The position numbers and the translations under genes were made by a program. The notes under the pieces were generated by a model. That model saw nothing but the letters and a program-made list of their open reading frames with translations. It was not told the DNA's origin and searched no databases. Shown one piece after another: positions 33,825 to 41,236 of a DNA stretch of 64,000 bases. This DNA comes from Escherichia coli (GTDB taxonomy: Bacteria > Pseudomonadota > Gammaproteobacteria > Enterobacterales > Enterobacteriaceae), in the NCBI RefSeq assembly GCF_001677475.2, contig NZ_CP015229.1. One strand, 5' to 3'. Within the stretch, counting starts at the first letter, position 1. Every line of letters begins with the position of its first letter.

Positions 33825-34244
33825 ATGAAAGCCAAAATCAGAAACGAAATTCAGGCATTAATTCGGATTAAAGAGCGTAATAGCAATGGTGGAGACTTGC
33901 GCGAATTTATTTGCGCGCGCGAAGTTGAGGGATATGGCGAAAAGACTTACCTGATTGCATTCGACCATTACAGCATTTGTGCGCGTTATTGCGGGGAGGC
34001 GGTATTCCGCGCCATTACGTTTGGCAATGCCTTCAATGTGGATTTATGGGAATACGTCATGGACCGCGAATACATCAGCGCGTCAGACCCGGACGCACGG
34101 GAGCAGTGGAAGAACATCTGGCGCGATTACCGGCAAATGGCGAAAGGCTGGACGCAGGGGACGTATTCTTCCCTTGCCCTGAAAGCGGTTCAGCTATCTG
34201 TGCGGCATATGCTGTCGGCACGATTCGAACTCCCGGTGCACTGA
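33825..34244 (+). CDS. Hypothetical early protein
   Basis: 139 aa; operon context. Confidence 0.55.
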   Translation: MKAKIRNEIQALIRIKERNSNGGDLREFICAREVEGYGEKTYLIAFDHYSICARYCGEAVFRAITFGNAFNVDLWEYVMDREYISASDPDAREQWKNIWRDYRQMAKGWTQGTYSSLALKAVQLSVRHMLSARFELPVH

Positions 34245-34260
34245 TAAGGAGGGCATCATC

Positions 34261-34548
34261 ATGATAATCCCTCGCAAAAGATGGTCACGTGAAGACCGGG
34301 AATTTATCGAAGCCAGTGTCGGGAAAATGACAGTTGAAGAAATGGCGAAAAAACTGAACGTTGCCACAAGCGCCCTGCGGGCACATGCCAGAAGGTACGG
34401 AATATCGTTGTGTGTATACAAAATCAGTGAGCACGACAAATATTTGTGTCGAGAACTTTATAAAGAAGGGGTGGCTATTCATGTCATTGCCCAAAAGATG
34501 GAATTAAGCAATCGGGCTGTATCCAGCGTTGTATACAGTGAATATTAA
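34261..34548 (+). CDS. Hypothetical early protein with HTH-like segments
   Basis: 95 aa; two helix-turn-helix-like stretches (MTVEEMAKKLNVATSALRAHARRYG and VAIHVIAQKMELSNRAVSSVVY). Confidence 0.5.
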   Translation: MIIPRKRWSREDREFIEASVGKMTVEEMAKKLNVATSALRAHARRYGISLCVYKISEHDKYLCRELYKEGVAIHVIAQKMELSNRAVSSVVYSEY

Positions 34549-34568
34549 TTAACAGGAGCTTTATTTAT

Positions 34569-35093
34569 ATGGCTAAACCAGCAAAACGAATCAGGAATGC
34601 CGCAGCAGCTTATGTTCCTCAATCCCGCGATGCCGTGGTGTGTGATATTCGCTGGATTGGTGACCTGCAACGCGAAGCGGTACGACTTGAAACGGAAATG
34701 AATGACGCTATTGCTGAAATTACGGAGAAATACGCCTCACGGATTGCGCCGCTTAAAACCCGTATTGAAACCCTTTCAAAAGGCGTTCAGGGGTGGTGTG
34801 AAGCGAACCGTGACGAACTGACGAACGGCGGCAAGGTGAAGACGGCCAACCTGGTAACCGGTGATGTGTCATGGCGTCAGCGCCCACCATCAGTAAGTAT
34901 TCGCGGTGTGGATGCGGTGATGGAAACGCTGGAGCGTCTTGGCCTGCAACGCTTTATTCGCACGAAACAGGAAATCAACAAGGAAGCGATTTTACTGGAA
35001 CCGAAAGCGGTCGCAGGTGTTGCCGGAATTACAGTTAAATCAGGCATTGAAGATTTTTCTATTATTCCGTTTGAACAGGAAGCCGGTATTTAA
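34569..35093 (+). CDS. gam: Host-nuclease inhibitor Gam (Mu Gam family)
   Basis: 174 aa, same length as Mu Gam and matching recalled sequence character. Confidence 0.88.
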   Translation: MAKPAKRIRNAAAAYVPQSRDAVVCDIRWIGDLQREAVRLETEMNDAIAEITEKYASRIAPLKTRIETLSKGVQGWCEANRDELTNGGKVKTANLVTGDVSWRQRPPSVSIRGVDAVMETLERLGLQRFIRTKQEINKEAILLEPKAVAGVAGITVKSGIEDFSIIPFEQEAGI

Positions 35094-35191
35094 TACCACC
35101 ACGAATATTTAATTAGTTCACTTTCTTTTAATTATGGCGCGATGCGTCAGGGGATTGCTCGCGCCTGAATCTGATATACGGGATATAAAAA

Positions 35192-35734
35192 ATGATTAAT
35201 ACAAAAGTTCTGAGCGGCGTCAGCACATTATTACAGGTTTACGGGCGTCTGACCTGCGGCGTACTGGCTGAAAAAATGAAGATGCCACCTTCCTCAATGG
35301 TGTATTTCCTGCGTGATGCGGTTGATGCCGGAGTTCTCACTGAATGCAACGGATTTTATGACGTTCCGCGCCCTCGTCCGACGCCGCCAGTAATACGAAA
35401 CGCAACAACGGAGCACCCCGATGTTGATGATGCTCAATGGTGCGCGTTCCGCCGCTCTTTGCCCTGGCTGGAAGGCAATGCCATTCCGGCACTGGCAAAA
35501 GAATTTGCGACAGGCGTACTGACCTGCGAGTCGGTTTACATCGTTGCTGAAGTGGATGACGATATGTGCAAACAGGGAATGCCCCGTTTTGTGATGGCTT
35601 ATATCGATATCCGGCTGGGTCGTTTTATTTGTGGCTCCAGTGGCTGGAATATCACCGACCACATCCTGCGCTATCTCATTCTTGATTATTCACCAGCTCC
35701 GGCAGCAACACAGGAAGTCAGTGAACATGATTAA
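35192..35734 (+). CDS. Hypothetical early protein
   Basis: 180 aa; no recognisable motif. Confidence 0.55.
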   Translation: MINTKVLSGVSTLLQVYGRLTCGVLAEKMKMPPSSMVYFLRDAVDAGVLTECNGFYDVPRPRPTPPVIRNATTEHPDVDDAQWCAFRRSLPWLEGNAIPALAKEFATGVLTCESVYIVAEVDDDMCKQGMPRFVMAYIDIRLGRFICGSSGWNITDHILRYLILDYSPAPAATQEVSEHD

Positions 35735-35909
35735 GTCAACTGGCTTTGTCCTGCTGGTTGGCACCTGCGGGAATGATGCCTGCGATGCCATTCCGGTAAC
35801 GGAAAAAATCTGGCCCACAGAGCAGGCATGTATGCAGGTGATGGAGCGCATACAAAAACGTTATCCCAGTGAAATCTTTTATTGCGAAGAGGTATTACGA
35901 AATGAATAA
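35727..35909 (+). CDS. Hypothetical small protein with N-terminal hydrophobic segment
   Basis: 60 aa from ATG 35727 overlapping the preceding stop; MIKSTGFVLLVGTCGNDAC resembles a signal/lipoprotein-like N-terminus but is not a canonical lipobox. Confidence 0.4.
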   Translation: MIKSTGFVLLVGTCGNDACDAIPVTEKIWPTEQACMQVMERIQKRYPSEIFYCEEVLRNE

Positions 35910-36228
35910 ACCAGAGAATAAAGAAATGAAATTCACACCAGTTGATATTGATGGCGTCATGGCTAATTTAAAGATGCTGGAACGTATGCACGATATCGTT
36001 AAATATGGTATTGAGCATGACCTCACCGCCAGAGAAGTCCGGAGCATTATTAACCGTGAAATGAACCAGGTGGAAGCTGCCGTGGCGCTACAAAATGAAG
36101 CAGCCCGCGAGGAATACATTCGTCGCAGGCTGGGACTATCAAATAAAGATATTCTTACGGATGCTCAGATGGCTGAGGCTTTTGATATTCATCAGAATCT
36201 TGGTCTAACAAACGGATGGTATCAGTGA
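35902..36228 (+). CDS. Hypothetical early protein
   Basis: 108 aa from ATG 35902 with GAGGT Shine-Dalgarno. Confidence 0.5.
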   Translation: MNKPENKEMKFTPVDIDGVMANLKMLERMHDIVKYGIEHDLTAREVRSIINREMNQVEAAVALQNEAAREEYIRRRLGLSNKDILTDAQMAEAFDIHQNLGLTNGWYQ

Positions 36229-36421
36229 TTAGCTGTGATATTTGCAGAATGGGATTATTCGTTGTTCTCAATGCCGGAGCCTCTGCCGCTCCGCTTGCTG
36301 CGGCTTCGAGGATCGTTTTGCCTTCCTCTGCGGTAATCAGCCCCTTTCTGACAAGGAGTATCAGCAACCTTGAAGCAATGACATACCCTGCAACATCATA
36401 AGGCTGTTCACTGTTTTTCAT
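36155..36421 (-). CDS. Hypothetical antisense-oriented small protein
   Basis: 88 aa from ATG (complement of 36419-36421) with GAGGA Shine-Dalgarno 7 nt upstream on the reverse strand; 3' end overlaps the preceding plus-strand ORF by 74 nt. Confidence 0.35.
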   Translation of the reverse strand: MKNSEQPYDVAGYVIASRLLILLVRKGLITAEEGKTILEAAASGAAEAPALRTTNNPILQISQLITDTIRLLDQDSDEYQKPQPSEHP

Positions 36422-36494
36422 AAAAAGTTTCCTCTGTTTAGTGAGTGGATTCTGGCGGTGTTGCCGCACCGCCCCCTTTTCTGGAGGTACGATA

Positions 36495-37046
36495 ATGAAT
36501 CGCACATCCCTGATTAAATTAATTCATGTCGCCCGTCGTGATCTACAACTCGACGATGACACTTACCGCGCCTTTCTGGTGCAGTGCACAGGCAAGACCA
36601 GCTGCCGCGAGCTGTCCGTTGCACAACTGGAACGTGTGCTCGATGCCATGAAAGAGTGCGGTTTTAAAAAGCAGAAAAAACATCCCCGCCGTCGCTTTAA
36701 GGGGCATGTCACACCGCGCGAGAAGATTTATAAAATCTGGCAGCAGATGTTTCAGGATGGCTTTATCGCTGATGGCAGCGATGTCGCGCTGGACAAATAC
36801 GTTGCACGCCTGACGGCCAGACGTAATGGCGGTCAGGGGGTTTCCACGCTGGCCTGGTGTCACGGGGAATCGTTGCAGGTTGTGCTCGAAACGCTCAAGC
36901 AGTGGCACATGCGCTGCATCCGGGAAGCCTTTGCCCGACATGGTGTGCCGTTACCTGCAAGCCCATCCGGGCGGGAACTACGCGGATATGATGCACTGAC
37001 CAGTGCATATGCCCGCGCACGAAACAGCGGGAGAATTGCTGTATGA
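36495..37046 (+). CDS. gemA: GemA-family protein (Mu gp16-like)
   Basis: 183 aa from ATG 36495 with GGAGGT Shine-Dalgarno; position upstream of mor. Confidence 0.8.
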   Translation: MNRTSLIKLIHVARRDLQLDDDTYRAFLVQCTGKTSCRELSVAQLERVLDAMKECGFKKQKKHPRRRFKGHVTPREKIYKIWQQMFQDGFIADGSDVALDKYVARLTARRNGGQGVSTLAWCHGESLQVVLETLKQWHMRCIREAFARHGVPLPASPSGRELRGYDALTSAYARARNSGRIAV

Positions 37047-37492
37047 AACAGATGAAAGAGCAGGATTTATTCGAAGACCTTCGGGACGACAGCGTTCTGG
37101 AATATCTTCATGATTACCAGGAAAACACCGCTTATCCGGCGTTACTTTCTGAACTGAACGCACTGCTGCGTAAAGAGCTGGCCCGGATTGGCGCAGACCC
37201 TGCTCATTCCCTTGAGCTGGTTGTGGCGATTTGTCGCCATATCGGCGGGATGCAGGTTTATGTTCCGAGGGGGAATATTCTGGAGAATCTTGTCCGGGAT
37301 ATGCGTATCTGGCGTGATTTTAACGGTCATAATATTCCTGAACTGGTTCAGCGTTACGGGGTGACGTATAAAACCGTCTACAAGGCCATCAAACGGATGC
37401 GACGTCTGGAGCGCAATAAATACCAGCCGGATTTGTTTTACCCCTCCCCGAACCTGCCTCACCCCGTTCGTCGTCCACCACGACGCCCTTAA
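37043..37492 (+). CDS. mor: Mor transcription activator (Mor/C family)
   Basis: 149 aa; sequence closely matches recalled Mu Mor (DLFEDLRDDSVLEYL, VVAICRHIGGMQVYVPRG, YKAIKRMRRL). Confidence 0.88.
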   Translation: MKQMKEQDLFEDLRDDSVLEYLHDYQENTAYPALLSELNALLRKELARIGADPAHSLELVVAICRHIGGMQVYVPRGNILENLVRDMRIWRDFNGHNIPELVQRYGVTYKTVYKAIKRMRRLERNKYQPDLFYPSPNLPHPVRRPPRRP

Positions 37493-37500
37493 TCAATGAA

Positions 37501-37522
37501 GCCGGTAAATCCGGCTTTTTTT
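37501..37522 (+). terminator. Rho-independent terminator after mor
   Basis: GCCGG-TAAAT-CCGGC hairpin followed by a run of seven T. Confidence 0.6.
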
Positions 37523-37577
37523 ATGCCTCCGGCACCATGAAGCAGACCACGTTTAAATCTGCTTCACAGGTGCTTTT

Positions 37578-38174
37578 ATGGAAAATCAAAAATTCTCCCC
37601 GGCCTTTGAACATGCGCTGAATTTCATTCTGCGTCCCGATATCGAAGGCGTCTATGCCAATGACCCCACTGACCGTGGCGGTGAAACCAAATACGGCATT
37701 TCTGACCGCCGCGACGGTGTGACTGACGGCAAAACCGATGTCAACGGCGACGGCAAACCGGATACCCGCATCAGGGATTTAACCCGCGAACAGGTTGCTC
37801 AGATTTACTGGCGCGATTACTGGCTGCCTGCCGGATGTGACCAGTGGCCTGATGGCGTGGCGATGTTTGTGTTCGATGCGGCGGTTCAGCATGGCGTTAA
37901 AAAAGCTATCAGGATTTTGCAGGAAGCCGCGGATGTGGATGCTGACGGCATCATCGGCCCCCGTACCCGTAAGGCCGTGAGCCTGTCCACCCCGGACTGG
38001 CTGCTGGCCCGCTGCATTGTCCGTCGTTCCCGCTTTTATGCCGACATCATCAAGTCCAAACCCGCCCAGGGCAAATACCTGAACGGCTGGTTTAACCGCA
38101 TGGAAAAGCTGACCGACGCCTGTCTGGAAATCATCGATACCCCTCCAGGCATCATGTCCGCCACGCGGGGGTGA
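37578..38174 (+). CDS. Endolysin, glycoside hydrolase family 108 with C-terminal peptidoglycan-binding domain
   Basis: 198 aa; motif EGVYANDPTDRGGETKYGIS matches the GH108 family signature EGGY.NDP.DPGGETN.GI; DGIIGPRT in the C-terminal domain. Confidence 0.8.
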   Translation: MENQKFSPAFEHALNFILRPDIEGVYANDPTDRGGETKYGISDRRDGVTDGKTDVNGDGKPDTRIRDLTREQVAQIYWRDYWLPAGCDQWPDGVAMFVFDAAVQHGVKKAIRILQEAADVDADGIIGPRTRKAVSLSTPDWLLARCIVRRSRFYADIIKSKPAQGKYLNGWFNRMEKLTDACLEIIDTPPGIMSATRG

Positions 38175-38175
38175 T

Positions 38176-38427
38176 ATGGGCAAAGGCTGGGATGCCTCTC
38201 TGAAAGCCGGGCGGCGCGACCGCCTGCGTCAGGAGGTTCTGCACCGCATGGCCGGAGGTCCGCCCCCGAAACCGCTGGACTATACCGGCCATGACGGCAC
38301 ACACGCCAGCTACTACATGCGTGGCTGGAACTCCGTGGATACACGGGACATTTTCTGGCAGTGCCAGAAGTACAGGGAAAAATTCAATGTGGAAAAAGGT
38401 TATGAACAAAATTTTAAAACTGTGTGA
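38176..38427 (+). CDS. Hypothetical protein in lysis region
   Basis: 83 aa; starts 2 nt after the endolysin stop; overlaps the next ORF. Confidence 0.4.
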   Translation: MGKGWDASLKAGRRDRLRQEVLHRMAGGPPPKPLDYTGHDGTHASYYMRGWNSVDTRDIFWQCQKYREKFNVEKGYEQNFKTV

Positions 38428-38812
38428 CTGGCTGATTTGTTCCCGACTGATGAGAACCCCATGGCCGCTGGCCGGACTGACGCTCTGTATGTTCATCATC
38501 AGCATGTTATGTGGCTGGCGATCGTTCGTGTTGATGTTGTTGTCCTTTGCCGGGGTGGTGTTGTTTTCATACAGCGCAAGCCTCGGGAATGTGCCATTTC
38601 GCCTGCTGCCTGAGGTCCGTTACCGGGCTTTTGGTCGCCACATCATCGTGTGGTCATGGGTGGTCTGGGCGCTGGGATATTTCTGCTGCGTCTTCAGCAC
38701 GCTGATGATGATGTCACCGGCACACCCGGTGTTCTGGCTGTGTGGTGGCGGTTGCGGCGCTCTGCTCTGTCTTCAGCGTTATCTGTATGGAGGTTTCCCG
38801 TGGATCCGTTAA
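38402..38812 (+). CDS. Polytopic small membrane protein (holin-like or exclusion-like)
   Basis: 136 aa from ATG 38402; three to four hydrophobic helices; lysis-region context. Confidence 0.5.
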   Translation: MNKILKLCDWLICSRLMRTPWPLAGLTLCMFIISMLCGWRSFVLMLLSFAGVVLFSYSASLGNVPFRLLPEVRYRAFGRHIIVWSWVVWALGYFCCVFSTLMMMSPAHPVFWLCGGGCGALLCLQRYLYGGFPWIR

Positions 38813-39408
38813 CCCTTTCAGGCATCGCCTCCGTTCTGCTGAAAGCCGGGCCGGGGCTGATTCGTTCCGTCGGGCGCTGGTTTGGTGGCGGTACATCTGC
38901 CGCCGCTGACTCGGTGGCCGGTATGGTGGAAAGCGTCCGGGAAAGCCTGCCGGTGGCTGAACAGCAGCGCGTTCTGGAACAGAAGATGGCGATGTTACCA
39001 CCGGAACAACAGATACAACTGGAAACCCTGAAAATTCAGCTGCAACAACTGGAGGTGGAGCGGCAGAAGCTGGTGCTGGCTGACCAGCAGGCCGCACACC
39101 ACGAACAGCAGGAAACCATCCGCAATGGTGACAACGCCACGGACAGCTATGTGCGCCAGACGCGCCCGCTGCTGGCCCGCCTTTCCTGTTACAGCGGTCT
39201 GGCCTATGTGCTGTTGCTCTCCTGCGGCCAGATTGCCGGAGCCGTTGCCGGTGCCAGAGGTATCACGCTGCATATGCCAACACCGGACTGGGATATCACG
39301 CTGATGTTGCTTACCCCTGCGCTGGGCTATCTCGGCGTGCGAACCCTTGACGGCTTTGCCCGTTACAGCAAATCAAGCCGTCACAAAATGTCTGCGGGGC
39401 TGAAATGA
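38800..39408 (+). CDS. Lysis-associated membrane protein with coiled-coil N-terminus and C-terminal transmembrane segments
   Basis: About 202 aa if initiated at GTG 38800 (overlaps preceding stop); Q/L-rich heptad region then two hydrophobic helices; start uncertain (internal ATGs at 38920 and 38984). Confidence 0.45.
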   Translation: MDPLTLSGIASVLLKAGPGLIRSVGRWFGGGTSAAADSVAGMVESVRESLPVAEQQRVLEQKMAMLPPEQQIQLETLKIQLQQLEVERQKLVLADQQAAHHEQQETIRNGDNATDSYVRQTRPLLARLSCYSGLAYVLLLSCGQIAGAVAGARGITLHMPTPDWDITLMLLTPALGYLGVRTLDGFARYSKSSRHKMSAGLK

Positions 39409-39632
39409 CCGATGAAATCGACCGCATCAGTGAAGTGGTTCTGAACGAGCGTCAGTGCGTCGTTAAAGCCTGGCAGACGCGGACAAAAGAAGCGCCCCAC
39501 AGTCGGGGCTTCTGCAATGACTGCGGGAACGTTATTCCGGCACAGCGCCTTGCGGCGCTGCCGGATGTGGTGACCTGTATTGACTGCCAGCAGATGCGTG
39601 AGCGCAGGAGGAAGACATGTCCTGGGAAGTGA
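39405..39632 (+). CDS. TraR/DksA-family C4 zinc-finger protein
   Basis: 75 aa; CNDCGNVIP...CIDCQ four-cysteine motif characteristic of the DksA/TraR zinc finger. Confidence 0.7.
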   Translation: MTDEIDRISEVVLNERQCVVKAWQTRTKEAPHSRGFCNDCGNVIPAQRLAALPDVVTCIDCQQMRERRRKTCPGK

Positions 39633-39922
39633 TCCGGGCCAACTGGCCCATTTTATGGGCGCTGTTGATGACAGCGATAAATTTGCTTCAGCTGATTCTG
39701 GCAAAGACTTACGTCAAACGCGAAGAGTTTGATTCGCTGCGTTCCCGTGTGTCGGTGATGGAAGGTCTGGTGAATCAGCTCCCCGACCGCAATGAATTTC
39801 ACCGCCTGCAACTGGATATCAGCAACCTGCGGGGCGAAATCCGGGAACTGGGGCCATCCATACGCCAGGTTTCCCGCATCAGTGATTTGTTATTAGAGAA
39901 CGAGTTAAAGGTAAAAAATTAA
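39617..39922 (+). CDS. Membrane-anchored coiled-coil protein (i-spanin/Rz-like)
   Basis: 101 aa; N-terminal transmembrane helix (ILWALLMTAINLLQLILA) followed by coiled-coil-like sequence. Confidence 0.5.
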   Translation: MSWEVIRANWPILWALLMTAINLLQLILAKTYVKREEFDSLRSRVSVMEGLVNQLPDRNEFHRLQLDISNLRGEIRELGPSIRQVSRISDLLLENELKVKN

Positions 39923-40215
39923 TGGCGATGAAAGAGATCCTCACTGAAGACCGTCGTCTGGTGTTGCTGCGTTCCCTGCTGGACTGTGGCGACAGCGCGA
40001 ATGAATCCGTGTTGCAGACCTGCCTTCAGGCTTATGGTCATAAGGTATCCCGTGATGTGGTGCGCACCCAGCTTGCATGGCTTCGCGAGCAGGGGTTGGT
40101 TCGTCTGTCTGATGTGGGCGGCTGTTACGTGGCTGAAATCACCGGCAGCGGCGAGGATGTGGCAAACGGCCTGTCCAGCGTTCCGGGCGTTAAAAAACCC
40201 CGTGCGAGGGGCTGA
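39922..40215 (+). CDS. Hypothetical phage protein
   Basis: 97 aa; translationally coupled to the preceding ORF. Confidence 0.5.
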   Translation: MAMKEILTEDRRLVLLRSLLDCGDSANESVLQTCLQAYGHKVSRDVVRTQLAWLREQGLVRLSDVGGCYVAEITGSGEDVANGLSSVPGVKKPRARG

Positions 40216-40217
40216 GC

Positions 40218-40517
40218 ATGGCCCGAAAACTGAAGCCGTTAAGTCGCGGAGAACGGGCCGTCGTGCGGCAACTGGCGTACTGCCTTGTGCTGGCAGATAT
40301 TGAGCAAAACGCCATTGTCCGTGCATACGAACAACAGACCGGAAAGCCCTGGAGCCCGGATGCACCGGACAGCCCCATGAAACGCTTTCTGCGGTCATCA
40401 CCGGCATGTGCGCGGCTGTGGAAGCTGCTGGGTAAGGATATCCGGTCCGTTCGCGAAGAAATATACGCCGGTCTGAAAACACCGGGAACTGAAGACGGGG
40501 GCCGTCGTGAACCGTAA
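40218..40517 (+). CDS. Hypothetical phage protein
   Basis: 99 aa. Confidence 0.5.
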   Translation: MARKLKPLSRGERAVVRQLAYCLVLADIEQNAIVRAYEQQTGKPWSPDAPDSPMKRFLRSSPACARLWKLLGKDIRSVREEIYAGLKTPGTEDGGRREP

Positions 40518-40654
40518 AAAGAATCCGATAAGTAAAGCGTCCCGTGATGAACTCCGCCGTCTGGCGCACAACCTGACATGGCGGGAAATCCAGAGCGGCG
40601 CGCTGAAATCTGCATACGAAAGTTTACAGCGTAGTGAGCAACAGGAGGGCAAAC

Positions 40655-41236
40655 ATGGAAAATGAACAACGCCCCACCCGTGGCCGTCTTTCCAAAGTGG
40701 ATTTACTCCCGGACAGCATCCGGGAGCAGTTGCATCAGATGCTGCGGGAAAAGCGGCACACGCAGGAAGAAATCCGCGAAGCCATCAACGCCCTGATTGA
40801 CGAACACAACCTGCCGGAAGAGATGCAGTTAAGCCGGACGGGTTTAAACCGTTATGCCAGCCGCATGGAAAAAGTCGGGGCCAAAATCCGCGCCTCCCGC
40901 GAAATGGCCGAAGTCTGGGCGGCAAAGCTGGGTTCCGCGCCAACATCAGACGTCGGCAGGCTGCTGATGGAGTTTGTAAAAACGCTGGCCTTTGAAACGT
41001 CCATGTCGATGGCAGAAGACGACAAACCTGTAGCACCAAAGGCGCTGGGGCAACTGGCGCTGGTTGCCCAGCGTCTGGAAGCGGCAGCCATGACCAGCCA
41101 TAAACGCGAGAAAGCGATCCGCGATGCGTTTGCACAGGAGATGGCTGAGAAAACCGAAGAGCTGGTCAGAACGGGTGGTCTGTCAGGCGGTGCGGCTGAC
41201 ACCATCAAACGAGACATTCTGGGGATTAGCGCATGA
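40655..41236 (+). CDS. Mu gp27-like protein (putative terminase small subunit)
   Basis: 193 aa from ATG 40655 with AGGAGGG Shine-Dalgarno; directly upstream of the large terminase and overlapping its start. Confidence 0.6.
   Translation: MENEQRPTRGRLSKVDLLPDSIREQLHQMLREKRHTQEEIREAINALIDEHNLPEEMQLSRTGLNRYASRMEKVGAKIRASREMAEVWAAKLGSAPTSDVGRLLMEFVKTLAFETSMSMAEDDKPVAPKALGQLALVAQRLEAAAMTSHKREKAIRDAFAQEMAEKTEELVRTGGLSGGAADTIKRDILGISA

Noticed and set aside
39919-40569. 216-aa minus-strand ORF overlapping two plus-strand phage genes
   Set aside because: Lies antisense to tightly packed, translationally coupled late genes in GC-rich DNA; Arg/Ala/Pro-rich composition typical of antisense artefacts.
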